Positions 7,208-15,913 of a DNA stretch of 43,809 nucleotides are shown piece by piece. How positions within the stretch are numbered: the first letter of the stretch is position 1; each line of letters begins with the position of its first letter. The position numbers and the translations under genes are program-made. This stretch comes from Klebsiella phage KP34. Location: the sequence record NC_013649.2, one strand, 5' to 3'. The notes beneath the pieces are model-generated. The model searched no databases. It had not been told where the DNA came from and saw only the letters and a program-made list of their open reading frames with translations.

Positions 7208-7992
7208 TGGACCAGCCCTGGCTTAGGGCGTGCAAGCGCCTGGCCGTGGGGCAGAGGGCACGCTTTCGGTGCTGCGGCAGGGACGCCGCCGGGGTGCTCT
7301 ACAATAACCCGGATGCCTGGGAATACTATTGCCACCGCTGTAAACAGGTGGGCAAGGAGCGCAAGCAGTACCAGCGCATACAGTTACAGGAAGAGCCGAG
7401 GGTGCAGCCCTCTGCACCTGCAGATGCAATTTGCATTAGCCAAGCGCCTGCGGAAACGCAGAGTTTTATTTACGGATTCCTGACCACAAAGGGAATCATG
7501 CCTGAAATGGTGGAGGATGCAGAATGGAGCAAAGAGAAACAGCGGATAATCTTCCGTGTCGGAAGTGCTGCTCTGGGCCGTGCAGTGCATGCCCGACAGC
7601 AACCGAAGTGGGTAATGTACGGCCAACCAATACCATACGCTGTCGCGGCACCTGCCGTAGCACCGGCTGTAGCTGCGGCCGCACCTCTAAAGGTCGTGCT
7701 CACCGAGGACTATCTATCAGCCCGGAAGATACAGCACGCAGTTACGAGCTACAGTGCGTTGAACGTGCAGGCTATAGCTATGCTGGGTACACGCTTGCCT
7801 ACGCCGCTGAGGGCTTGGCTGATTCAGAATCACCCGGAAGTGGTTATGATGCTGGACAATGACCCTGCGGGGCACGCCGGGGTAGCAGCAGCACGTCGAG
7901 CATTGCGCCCGTTCATGCAGTGTCGTGAGCATTACTTCGCTGCGGACCCTAAGGATGCAGAAATCAAAGAGATTCTGGAGGCTTTACAATGA
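7207..7992 (+). CDS. DNA primase (N-terminal Cys zinc-binding region plus TOPRIM domain), 261 aa
   Basis: N-terminus FRCCGRD...YYCHRCK (zinc ribbon). C-terminal VVLTEDYLSARKI...VVMMLDNDPAGHAG is a TOPRIM-type E...DxD signature. It precedes the helicase, as in phiKMV-like phages with separate primase and helicase. Confidence 0.8.
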   Translation: MDQPWLRACKRLAVGQRARFRCCGRDAAGVLYNNPDAWEYYCHRCKQVGKERKQYQRIQLQEEPRVQPSAPADAICISQAPAETQSFIYGFLTTKGIMPEMVEDAEWSKEKQRIIFRVGSAALGRAVHARQQPKWVMYGQPIPYAVAAPAVAPAVAAAAPLKVVLTEDYLSARKIQHAVTSYSALNVQAIAMLGTRLPTPLRAWLIQNHPEVVMMLDNDPAGHAGVAAARRALRPFMQCREHYFAADPKDAEIKEILEALQ

Positions 7993-8183
7993 GTATGGGT
8001 ATCTGGGTTTTAATCATGGCGATTAATGGCAGTGCGGTTAGCGACACAGACTTCGCTGCGCTAACCACTCAAGAGTTCACAACGGAGGCCGCCTGCAACA
8101 AGGCTGCCAAGGCGTTCGAAGAGAAGTTTGACACATTCAGGGTGTATACCGCTAAAGCAATCTGCGTTCCGAAGGAGGTTTAA
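7989..8183 (+). CDS. Hypothetical small protein (64 aa) with a hydrophobic N-terminus
   Basis: SD GGAGG before ATG 7989; MSMGIWVLIMAINGSAV... Confidence 0.5.
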   Translation: MSMGIWVLIMAINGSAVSDTDFAALTTQEFTTEAACNKAAKAFEEKFDTFRVYTAKAICVPKEV

Positions 8184-9464
8184 TTGGACCTAATAGTAGT
8201 TAAAGCGATGTGCACGCAGAAGGTGTGGAACCGACTGCGTGAACAGATACCCAAGAGCATGCTAGCGCCGGACACCTCGAACCTGCTGGACTGGGTGGGG
8301 CTGTATTGGAACACGTACCCGGAGCACCAGGAGGTGCAGTGGGACGCGATGCAGAGCATGCTCAATCTCCGGGCGGGGCACCTATCCCGGGAAGAGCGGG
8401 TAATCATGGACGAGCTTATGCGGGGAGTACAAGCCGTACCGCAGGATTCTGTGGTGGGGATTGTCCAGACCCTGAATGAGCTGGCCTACAGCGGGGAGGT
8501 AGCAGCGCTGACGCAGCGCTACCAAGACGGAGAGGAGATTGATTACCTGCTGGAAATGAAGCACCTACAGCGCAAGTACGGTGACGGTGCTGCTGTTCAT
8601 GATTCGCTACTGGAATGGGAGAGCGGAAGTGTTGACGAGATACTTGCCGCGACTGACGAGAGCGGCGGTCTTAAACTGGGCGTGTTCGAGCAACTCTCTA
8701 GCAACATCCGGGGCCTACGAGGCGGGGACTGCATCGCAGTGGCTGCCCCTGTGGACTCTGGTAAAACTAGTCTGCTTGCTGCTATTGCTGTGGACTTTGC
8801 TGAGCAGATGCAGCAGCAACCGGAAGTGTACGGGGACCGCCCGATTCTCTGGCTGGTTAACGAGGGTCCGGCGACGCGTACAGTGCCGAGGGTATATCAA
8901 GCGGCGCTGCACTGGACTTTGGCTGAGATTAAGGACCGGCACAGTAAGCAAGAGTTCGTGCCAGCCTACCTCAAGAAAGTAGGTAGGGCTGACCGGATTC
9001 GTGTTAAGGCTGCGCACTCCTTGACGATGGCGCAGATATCCACGCTCATGGAGGAGATGCGCCCTGCGGTAATCATCATCGACATGGTGGCGAACATCCG
9101 TGGCGGCACTATGGAGAGTGAGCACCAGAACCTCGAGGCGAAATGGCAGGAGCTGCGTATCCTTGGGTGCGAGAACGACTGCGCTATTGTAGGGACTATG
9201 CAGCTTTCACTCGAAGGTTACAACATGCTGTTCCCACCGCTCACCGCTATGAAGCAGAGCAAGATTGGTGTACAGGGTGCCCTGGACTTGGCGATTATGA
9301 TGGGGTGCTTGGACAGAAACGAGCAGCCGCACATGCAAAACGTCCGCGGTATCAGTACTCCGAAGAACAAGATGGCACTATCTGGCAAAGAATCGCTACT
9401 GCAATTCGAGGTGGCATTCGACCCAGGTAGGTGCCGCTTTAACGAAGGGCAGATTAACAAGTGA
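8184..9464 (+). CDS. Replicative DNA helicase (DnaB/T7 gp4 helicase-domain-like), 426 aa; probable TTG start
   Basis: Walker A AAPVDSGKTSLL and a RecA-like core. The TTG at 8184 has a perfect SD AAGGAGG (8172-8178, 5-nt spacing) and follows the upstream stop directly. Confidence 0.85.
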   Translation: MDLIVVKAMCTQKVWNRLREQIPKSMLAPDTSNLLDWVGLYWNTYPEHQEVQWDAMQSMLNLRAGHLSREERVIMDELMRGVQAVPQDSVVGIVQTLNELAYSGEVAALTQRYQDGEEIDYLLEMKHLQRKYGDGAAVHDSLLEWESGSVDEILAATDESGGLKLGVFEQLSSNIRGLRGGDCIAVAAPVDSGKTSLLAAIAVDFAEQMQQQPEVYGDRPILWLVNEGPATRTVPRVYQAALHWTLAEIKDRHSKQEFVPAYLKKVGRADRIRVKAAHSLTMAQISTLMEEMRPAVIIIDMVANIRGGTMESEHQNLEAKWQELRILGCENDCAIVGTMQLSLEGYNMLFPPLTAMKQSKIGVQGALDLAIMMGCLDRNEQPHMQNVRGISTPKNKMALSGKESLLQFEVAFDPGRCRFNEGQINK

Positions 9465-9470
9465 CTTCCC

Positions 9471-9506
9471 TAGCGCCTTCCTAGAGGGCGCTATGTAGGT
9501 ACATAG
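9471..9506 (+). promoter_or_regulatory. Related hairpin element, copy c (TAGCGCC/GGCGCTA stem plus adjacent CTATGT/ACATAG stem) after the helicase gene
   Basis: Shares TCCTA..GGGCGCTATGT with copy b. Lies 7 nt after the helicase stop. Confidence 0.4.
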
Positions 9507-9514
9507 GGGGCTTC

Positions 9515-9673
9515 ATGAAGGTAGATTACACTGGACTTATCCGGCACGGATACGTAGTACGTCACCGCACTACCGGCGAGTACTGCGTGGTCGAGCTGGG
9601 TGCCCGTTATAATCAGGTGGAGTGGGAACTACTTTATCCTATACACCTAATAGGGGATTTGATTTATGCTTAA
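9515..9673 (+). CDS. Hypothetical small protein (52 aa); missed by the ORF track
   Basis: ATG 9515 is preceded by AGGGGG (9505-9510). Translates MKVDYTGLIRHGYVVRHRTTGEYCVVELGARYNQVEWELLYPIHLIGDLIYA. No other ORF occupies this stretch. Confidence 0.35.
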   Translation: MKVDYTGLIRHGYVVRHRTTGEYCVVELGARYNQVEWELLYPIHLIGDLIYA

Positions 9674-9821
9674 ACCGCCCGACATTAATTATCTCGACGA
9701 AGAGGTAATCAAGGCGTACGCTGCATCTGCACGTACTTCACGTAAAAGCTATGCGCTTGACAGTTCTCAGCTGATTGTGCATTTGGCTATCAACAAGGCG
9801 CGGAGGATTAATTGGAAATGA
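9666..9821 (+). CDS. Hypothetical small protein (51 aa); missed by the ORF track
   Basis: ATG 9666 (ATGCTTAA overlap with the previous stop) with AGGGGA upstream. Its stop overlaps the start of the HNH gene (ATGA). Confidence 0.35.
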   Translation: MLKPPDINYLDEEVIKAYAASARTSRKSYALDSSQLIVHLAINKARRINWK

Positions 9822-10282
9822 ATTGGGGAGACTACCTCTACTACGACGACGGTAAGTTATACTGGATTCGTCACAGTAAAAACGGGGCCTGTCAGCCGGG
9901 GAAAGAGGCAGGGTATATGCAACCCACGGACGGACGTTGGGTGATTGGTTTAAATGGGAGGACGCACAAACGTGCGCGCATCGTCTGGGAAATGTTTCAC
10001 GGGCCAATTCCAAAGGGCACAGTCATAGATCACATCAACCGTGTGAGGGAGGACGATAGGATTGAAAACTTGAGGGCGGTGGATGTGCCCACTAACAATA
10101 AGAATAAGACCGTAGACCGGCGCAATCAATCCGGTGTTTCGGGGGTTCGCTGGGACCCCATCCGGGGTAAGTGGGAGGCTAATATAGGCCGCACACGATT
10201 AGGCCGCTTCACCTCCAAAGCGGAGGCCATTTCCGCCAGGTTAAACGCAGAGCAGTCGCATGGGTATCTAAGGAGCAGTTAA
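9818..10282 (+). CDS. HNH homing endonuclease with an AP2-like DNA-binding domain (about 154 aa)
   Basis: ...VIDHINRVREDDRIENLR...N (HNH core) followed by SGVSGVRWDPIRGKWEANIGR...RLGRFTSKAEAISAR (AP2-type fold, common in phage homing endonucleases). The track start 9812 is a TTG; ATG 9818 is preferred. Its stop overlaps the DNA polymerase start. Confidence 0.8.
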   Translation: MNWGDYLYYDDGKLYWIRHSKNGACQPGKEAGYMQPTDGRWVIGLNGRTHKRARIVWEMFHGPIPKGTVIDHINRVREDDRIENLRAVDVPTNNKNKTVDRRNQSGVSGVRWDPIRGKWEANIGRTRLGRFTSKAEAISARLNAEQSHGYLRSS

Positions 10283-12642
10283 TGTACCAAATAATGCACA
10301 TAGATTTAGAGGTCGAGAATTATGAGTACTACGGGAACGTGGCCTCTCCTTACTGCCCGGACAACTACGTAGTAGAGAGTGCGTACCGTATTGATACTGT
10401 GGACGACGCCGGTCAAGTGCACGTAGGTGACGTTTTCAGTGTACGGTTTAACAGTAAAGAGGAGTTCCTAGCGGACGTAAACGGCGCTCACCAGTGGTTA
10501 GCTATACCCGAACATTGCACCATGCTGGTGATACACAACATGAGCTTTGAGGTTTCTTGGTTCCTGTCGTACCAACGGCAGCACTTTGAGGCGTTCTTAA
10601 AGCGTGGTGGCCGGGTGTACTGTACCCAGCATGGTGAGTACATCGCAACTGACTTCCAGAGCATGTACCCGTCCTTGGATGAGACTGCCCCTAAGTATGG
10701 GGGAACACATAAAGTTGACGGAGTAAAGATTCTGTGGGAGCAGGGGCGGAGAACGTCGGAGATTGACGCCACCCTGCTGCACGACTACCTTGTAAACGGC
10801 GACGTGCCAAATACAGCACTATGCTTCTACGGGCAGTGCGCTATCTTCTCAGAACGTGGACAGATGCAGTATGTCTACGAGAGGATGGACGCGGCCCTAG
10901 CCTGGAGTTTTTGTCAGTGGTTCGGTCTGTTCGTTAATATGCCAATTGCACGCAAGAACCAGGAGGAGCAGGAGCAGCGCATCCGTGAGATTAAGCAGGA
11001 GCTGCAGCAGTACATCCCGAAGAACCTACCGGAGACGCTGGATTTTAACTTCGGCTCGGACTTCCATATGTCTGCACTGGTGTACGGTGGGCCTATCAAG
11101 TATCGCAAGAAGGTTCCCTACGACCCTCCGCAGTACGTAAAGTACGATGCCTACTTAGCAGACGTCAATGGAACGTTGCAGTATATTGACGTGTCCGACT
11201 GGCAGCCAGAATGGACGTACCCGCGGACACTGTATAAGTCCGGCAAGAACAAGGGACTACCCAAAGTATTCCGCCTTGATACCGAGGAGAAGAAGCTCAA
11301 GTGGGAGGACGACCTTTACTTCTGCCCGGGTCTAGTGAACATCCAGGAGCTGCCGGAAGTTATCCGGGAGAAGTACGCAGAGCGCGGAGAGTTCCGGCAG
11401 GCGCGCGCACTGCAGGACGGCACTCCTGTGTACAGCACCAGCACCGACGCAATGGAGGCGCTGGCTCGACAAGGTTTCGAGTTCTGCCGATTGGTAAACG
11501 AGCTAGGTGCTCTAGAGAAAGACACAGGGACCTATTACCTGAGAACGGAGTACAACGAAGATGGGTCAGTTAAAAAGACCTCGGGCATGCTTCAATACGT
11601 CATACCTCAGAACCCTGATGGTTCAGGTATTATCCACCACCGTCTTAACACCTGTGCCACTGTCACCGGGCGACTGTCGGGCTCTAACCCGAACCTCCAG
11701 AATCTACCGCGCGATGGGACGAGCCGGGTTAAACAGATGTTCACCTCTCGTTTCGGAGAATCTGGTCGTATCACTGAGGTTGACTACTCTGCCCTCGAAG
11801 TGGTCATGGGGTGTGTTCATACGGGAGACCGTAAACTACTAAGCCTCCTGCAAGCTGGGACGGACATGCACTGTTACCGCCTAGCGTTCAAGGAGGGCAA
11901 AACCTACGAAGAGATGTACGACCTCTGCCACAACGCCGATGGGCCGGACTATAAGTACTGGAAGCAGCAGCGTACGGACATTAAGCCTCCGAGCTTTGCT
12001 GCACAGTACGGGGCTACGGCTAAAGGGATTGCGTTTGCTACGGGTTGTACAGTGGAGTATGCGCAGTCGTTCCTGGATAACGAGGCGAAGCTGTTCCCAG
12101 ACACTATCGGATTCCGCGCTGTTGTCAAGGAAGAGGTAGAGCGTACCGGAGCAGAGGGGCGTCTGTACCGCGAGCAAGCTGATGATGGCAGTTACCGAGT
12201 CTATCGAATTGGGACGTGGACCAGCCCGGCGGGTGCCCGCTACAGCTTCCGTCAGAAGGAGCAGTGGAAAGAGGTTGTGCCTGAGCAGCGTAAGCAGAAG
12301 GTCATGGACTACAAGGAAACCGAGATGGCTAACTACTGGTGCCAAGGGGAAGCATTCTTTCTGATGGCAGTAGCGGCTGGTATGGTTCTTCGTGCACTCC
12401 TGGCCCGTGACTGGTTCGACAATCAGGTGTGCCTGATTACGAACGTACACGATGCATTGTATCTGGACAGCGCCAACCCGGAGGTTGGAAGAGAGGCGAG
12501 CCTGTTGGTCAAGCAGTGCATGGAGGATGCGCCTAAGCGTATTCACCAGCTCTGGCCTAACTACGGTATCATTGGTGAGGTGCCCTTCCCGGCGGAAGCT
12601 GAAATGGGTACGAGCATGTACAGTAAGGAGAAGGTAGAATGA
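10282..12642 (+). CDS. DNA polymerase, family A (T7 gp5-like) with a 3'-5' exonuclease domain, 786 aa
   Basis: Exo motif LVIHNMSFEVSWF. Motif A DYSALEVV. Motif B RTDIKPPSFAAQYGATAKG. Motif C NVHDALYLD. SD AAGGAG upstream. Confidence 0.95.
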   Translation: MYQIMHIDLEVENYEYYGNVASPYCPDNYVVESAYRIDTVDDAGQVHVGDVFSVRFNSKEEFLADVNGAHQWLAIPEHCTMLVIHNMSFEVSWFLSYQRQHFEAFLKRGGRVYCTQHGEYIATDFQSMYPSLDETAPKYGGTHKVDGVKILWEQGRRTSEIDATLLHDYLVNGDVPNTALCFYGQCAIFSERGQMQYVYERMDAALAWSFCQWFGLFVNMPIARKNQEEQEQRIREIKQELQQYIPKNLPETLDFNFGSDFHMSALVYGGPIKYRKKVPYDPPQYVKYDAYLADVNGTLQYIDVSDWQPEWTYPRTLYKSGKNKGLPKVFRLDTEEKKLKWEDDLYFCPGLVNIQELPEVIREKYAERGEFRQARALQDGTPVYSTSTDAMEALARQGFEFCRLVNELGALEKDTGTYYLRTEYNEDGSVKKTSGMLQYVIPQNPDGSGIIHHRLNTCATVTGRLSGSNPNLQNLPRDGTSRVKQMFTSRFGESGRITEVDYSALEVVMGCVHTGDRKLLSLLQAGTDMHCYRLAFKEGKTYEEMYDLCHNADGPDYKYWKQQRTDIKPPSFAAQYGATAKGIAFATGCTVEYAQSFLDNEAKLFPDTIGFRAVVKEEVERTGAEGRLYREQADDGSYRVYRIGTWTSPAGARYSFRQKEQWKEVVPEQRKQKVMDYKETEMANYWCQGEAFFLMAVAAGMVLRALLARDWFDNQVCLITNVHDALYLDSANPEVGREASLLVKQCMEDAPKRIHQLWPNYGIIGEVPFPAEAEMGTSMYSKEKVE

Positions 12643-12860
12643 GTATAAAGTCTGGCAGTGTTGTGGAGTTGATGGACCTGGGACCTGAGCCGATAGACCC
12701 GAGGTATGCAGCATACTTCACCCCAGGTACAAGGCACACGGTTCTATTCTTCGACCCGGTTACTGGTGAGATAGAACTAAGTTACCCTGGACTGTTAGTA
12801 AGTAGACCGGGGGACGGTGTCACCTTCTTCCCGGGGGAATATAGGCTTATAGAAGAGTAG
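12639..12860 (+). CDS. Hypothetical protein (73 aa)
   Basis: ORF with ATGA overlap with the polymerase stop. Confidence 0.55.
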   Translation: MSIKSGSVVELMDLGPEPIDPRYAAYFTPGTRHTVLFFDPVTGEIELSYPGLLVSRPGDGVTFFPGEYRLIEE

Positions 12861-12917
12861 TGATAGGTGGACCCTTGGGTGGTGTAGGGGGTTAGGGTAA
12901 CACATAAATACGCTGGG

Positions 12918-12952
12918 GTCAACTAAATAATTAAATAAAATTATTTGTTGAC
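12918..12952. repeat. AT-rich near-perfect palindrome GTCAAC-T-AAATAATT-AAATAA-AATTATTT-GTTGAC within a 140-bp AT-rich island; candidate origin or operator
   Basis: Seen directly. The only strongly AT-rich non-coding stretch in the genome (about 12880-13020). It lies between the polymerase module and the next genes. Confidence 0.5.
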
Positions 12953-13020
12953 TCTGGCTTGATTCTGTGATTCCACGAGAATTAATGTGATACGAGTAGG
13001 AACAACATAAGAGAGTTACG

Positions 13021-13299
13021 ATGAGTAAAACATTCCTTATTGATGTAGCCTTTAGCACTAAGTTAGTAGTCTCAAAGGAGGAGCTAGGTGGTATGCGCGG
13101 ATGGATTAAATCGCGCAAACTACCAGAGCACTTTCAAAATTACCTGGACTCGCTAGATGATGACGCGGCACTGCAGGCGTTTATAAAATACGCCACCAGG
13201 GAGTGGTTCAAGGGGGAGCTGGAGCGCCAGAGGAAACAGGATGGGGGTGCCACTACGTACTCCCCGGTAAAAGTAACGGTACGGGAGAAACAACACTAA
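13021..13299 (+). CDS. Hypothetical protein (92 aa)
   Basis: ORF after the AT-rich island with a weak SD (AAGAGAG). Confidence 0.55.
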   Translation: MSKTFLIDVAFSTKLVVSKEELGGMRGWIKSRKLPEHFQNYLDSLDDDAALQAFIKYATREWFKGELERQRKQDGGATTYSPVKVTVREKQH

Positions 13300-14336
13300 T
13301 GGCGCGCGTAAGTCTAATCAAACTATTCACCAAAGAGCAGCACCAGGCAATCCTGGGCCAGTACTTGGATAACTCTACTGCTGCCAAAGCGTACAACGTA
13401 CTACTGGCTTACGGGGAAATACCACAGTACAAGGAGAGTGCTGAATACTACGGCACCCTTGGTACCGCGGAATGCGTGGTGTCCCGCCAGCTTGTGCGCT
13501 ACTGGCGCAGCATCTTCATGGATAACAAGGGCAGCAAGTCAAAGGCTAACAATGCCCTGATGCAAGCCCGAAAACTAATTCAACCTTCCCCAACGGATGA
13601 TATTGGGGATACCTTTGTACCTGAAACATGTCGGCGTGTGCTTGTTATTGGGGACTTGCACGAGCCGTACACACATCCGGACGCGTATGACTTTTTACGC
13701 ACTGTGCGGGATGAGTACTGCCCAGACATTGTGGTGCAGATAGGCGACGAGACGGATGGGCACGCTATTAGCTTTCACGATAGCAGTCCGGAGTTGGACA
13801 GCGCTGGGGTGGAATTAGAGAAGGCCAAGCTCGGCCTGGAGAAACTGCACGACCTGTTTCCTAACATGCTCCTGTGTGATTCTAATCACGGCTCCCTTGT
13901 CTACCGCCGGGCCAAGGCTCACGGACTCCCTGTACAGTTCATTAAGAAGTACCGGGACATCCTGTTCCCGGAGCACGGGGCACCGGGGTGGAGTTGGGGT
14001 GATGCTTGGGATTTGAATACTCCGCTGGGTACTGTGCGATTCCAACATCAAGTATCTGGGGACCTGCTGCTCAACGCAGCCCATGAACGTAAGTCCATGG
14101 TGATTGGACACTTCCATGGGAAGTTAGATATACAGTATGCCGCTAGCAGCACTGCCCTGTACTTTGGTGCGCACTGCGGTTGTTTAATCGACAACAAGAG
14201 TCTGGCATTTGCTTACGGCAAGTTGTCAAGAAGCAAGCCGATTCTAGGGTGTATGGTGATTACAGATGGATGCCCGCAAATCATCCCCATGCTATTGGAC
14301 GACACCGGCCGGTGGTGTTCTAGAGTACAACCCTGA
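13299..14336 (+). CDS. Calcineurin-like metallophosphoesterase (possibly an Mre11/SbcD-type nuclease or phosphatase), 345 aa
   Basis: Motifs GDLHEP (GDxH), GDETDGH (GDxxDxxH), SNHGS (GNHE-like) and IGHFHG. I chose the ATG at 13299 (TAATG overlap with the upstream stop) rather than the track start at 13203. Confidence 0.8.
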   Translation: MARVSLIKLFTKEQHQAILGQYLDNSTAAKAYNVLLAYGEIPQYKESAEYYGTLGTAECVVSRQLVRYWRSIFMDNKGSKSKANNALMQARKLIQPSPTDDIGDTFVPETCRRVLVIGDLHEPYTHPDAYDFLRTVRDEYCPDIVVQIGDETDGHAISFHDSSPELDSAGVELEKAKLGLEKLHDLFPNMLLCDSNHGSLVYRRAKAHGLPVQFIKKYRDILFPEHGAPGWSWGDAWDLNTPLGTVRFQHQVSGDLLLNAAHERKSMVIGHFHGKLDIQYAASSTALYFGAHCGCLIDNKSLAFAYGKLSRSKPILGCMVITDGCPQIIPMLLDDTGRWCSRVQP

Positions 14337-14775
14337 TACCGGAGAGTTTATATGGGTTAAAGTAGTTAGTAACCGTGCCAAGTTGGGAAGCACCGCTGGG
14401 CACGTAAGACCTGATGGGTACTTGGTCTTGCCGTGTGGGACCCGTGCTAATGTTGCAGCATGTAAGCTGTTGGGCCTGGATGTCCCTGATGGATATGTGG
14501 TGGACCACATTAACAGGGACACCCTGGACAACCGCGCCTGCAATCTTAGGGTTGTATCAAAGAAGGTTAACGCACACAACACAGGGCTCCGGGCCACCAA
14601 CAAAACAGGCGCGCGCGGGGTTTCTTGGGACTCTAGCAGGGGCAAGTACCGGGCTGCTCTTATGGTGGACGGGAGGCAGTATAGTAGGCGCTTCGACAGC
14701 TTAGAGGCTGCCTCAGAGTGGTACCACAGTGTGGCCGAGAGACACGGGGTTAGGCAGTACCAGCAACCCGCGTAG
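14266..14775 (+). CDS. HNH homing endonuclease with AP2-like domain (169 aa)
   Basis: VVDHINRDTLDNRACNLRVV...N...H (HNH) then GARGVSWDSSRGKYRAALMVDGRQYSRRFDSLEAASEWYH (AP2-like). A paralogue of 9818..10282. Overlaps the 3' end of the phosphoesterase gene by 71 nt. Confidence 0.75.
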   Translation: MDARKSSPCYWTTPAGGVLEYNPDTGEFIWVKVVSNRAKLGSTAGHVRPDGYLVLPCGTRANVAACKLLGLDVPDGYVVDHINRDTLDNRACNLRVVSKKVNAHNTGLRATNKTGARGVSWDSSRGKYRAALMVDGRQYSRRFDSLEAASEWYHSVAERHGVRQYQQPA

Positions 14776-14816
14776 GCACACTTAAACATTGTGTAGCAAA
14801 TAGACTTGGAGATTAT

Positions 14817-14984
14817 ATGAAAATGGGAATCTGTTCTGTACTGGGCCTTATCTTTGTAACCCTGAAACTGACTGGTGTTATCGCCTGGTCCTGGCTGTGG
14901 GTGTTGCTCCCGTTCTGGGGGCCTATTGTAGTTGGCGTAGTTCTGGTGTTCTTGGTGGCGGCCCTCAAAGCCGCCTCACGATAA
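14817..14984 (+). CDS. Small hydrophobic membrane protein (55 aa); missed by the ORF track
   Basis: SD GGAGAT 5 nt before ATG 14817. Translates MKMGICSVLGLIFVTLKLTGVIAWSWLWVLLPFWGPIVVGVVLVFLVAALKAASR (two predicted TM segments). Confidence 0.55.
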   Translation: MKMGICSVLGLIFVTLKLTGVIAWSWLWVLLPFWGPIVVGVVLVFLVAALKAASR

Positions 14985-15035
14985 GCCCTGCATCTGCACG
15001 TAAATATCATTTAAACTAAACGAGGACGTAATTAT

Positions 15036-15860
15036 ATGACTATGAATGCACTGGACACTCTGAACTCCCTGGTAGCTGCTGCGATTGAAACGCAAGATGT
15101 TGATATGACCGAGACCGCACAGGGCGGCGCGTATGAGGATGTACTGCTTCCGAAGGGTGAGTACTACGGCTACTTCACTGAGTACGTGGAAATCGGTAAG
15201 CGCCTGCCGACTAAGGGCGGTAAGCCTACAGGTAAGCCTGCAGTGGCTAACGTACGCATCGGCATTGTAGTGTTCGGCCCTAACGGCGAAGTGAAGCGTA
15301 TCCGCCCGTACCCGATGGCTATCAGTAACTTCGAGCGAGCAGGCTTCAAGAAGTTCTTCGACAAGCTCAACTACGACAATAGCATTAAGCATGCAGCGCA
15401 GCGTCTGGGCCAGGCCTTCACCTTCCCGATTGATGAGCACACCAGCGCCGCGGGCAAGAAGTCTAACATCGTGGACCTGTCCGGTATCCGCCCGATTCCG
15501 AAGTTCGACCCGAACACCGGCGAGCCTATCAAGATGCCTGCCCTGGATGCTTCCGAGATTAAGCTGTTCCTGTGGAACAACCCAACAAAAGAGACCTGGG
15601 ATAGCCTGCACATCGATGGCACCTTCGACGACGGTAAGAGCAAGAACTGGATTCAGGAGGACATGTATAAAGCTGTAGACTTCCCGGGCAGTGCTCTGGA
15701 CATTATGCTGAACGCTGGTTCAGTTCCGAGTCCGGCAGCTATGCAGGCACCAGCTGCTCCGGCTGCTCCTGCGACCCCTACTGCTCCGGCAGCACCGGCA
15801 GCACCGGTTGCGCCAGTGGCCCCTGTAGCTCCAGCAGCGCCTGCTGCACCTAAAGCCTAA
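15036..15860 (+). CDS. Abundant middle protein of unknown function (274 aa) with a C-terminal Pro/Ala repeat tail (PAAPAAPATPTAPAAPAAPVAPVAPVAPAAPAAPKA); speculative ssDNA-binding or replication-associated protein
   Basis: Long ORF with capsid-like codon usage. Followed by a strong stem-loop terminator. Low-complexity (PAAPA)n tail. Confidence 0.8.
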   Translation: MTMNALDTLNSLVAAAIETQDVDMTETAQGGAYEDVLLPKGEYYGYFTEYVEIGKRLPTKGGKPTGKPAVANVRIGIVVFGPNGEVKRIRPYPMAISNFERAGFKKFFDKLNYDNSIKHAAQRLGQAFTFPIDEHTSAAGKKSNIVDLSGIRPIPKFDPNTGEPIKMPALDASEIKLFLWNNPTKETWDSLHIDGTFDDGKSKNWIQEDMYKAVDFPGSALDIMLNAGSVPSPAAMQAPAAPAAPATPTAPAAPAAPVAPVAPVAPAAPAAPKA

Positions 15861-15883
15861 TAAACCCTAACCTAAACTAATAC

Positions 15884-15904
15884 GGCCCCTCCTAGGGGCC
15901 TTAT
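15884..15904 (+). terminator. Intrinsic terminator-like hairpin GGCCCCT-CC-AGGGGCC followed by TTAT
   Basis: Perfect 7-bp GC-rich palindrome 24 nt after the stop of the 274-aa gene. Confidence 0.5.
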
Positions 15905-15913
15905 AGGAAGCCT

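Noticed and set aside
12947-12990. Sigma70 promoter inside the AT-rich island (TTGACT or TTGATT -35 candidates)
   Set aside because: No acceptable -10 hexamer at 16-18-nt spacing (TTCCAC, TTAATG, TAATGT). Kept only as part of the candidate origin/operator finding.
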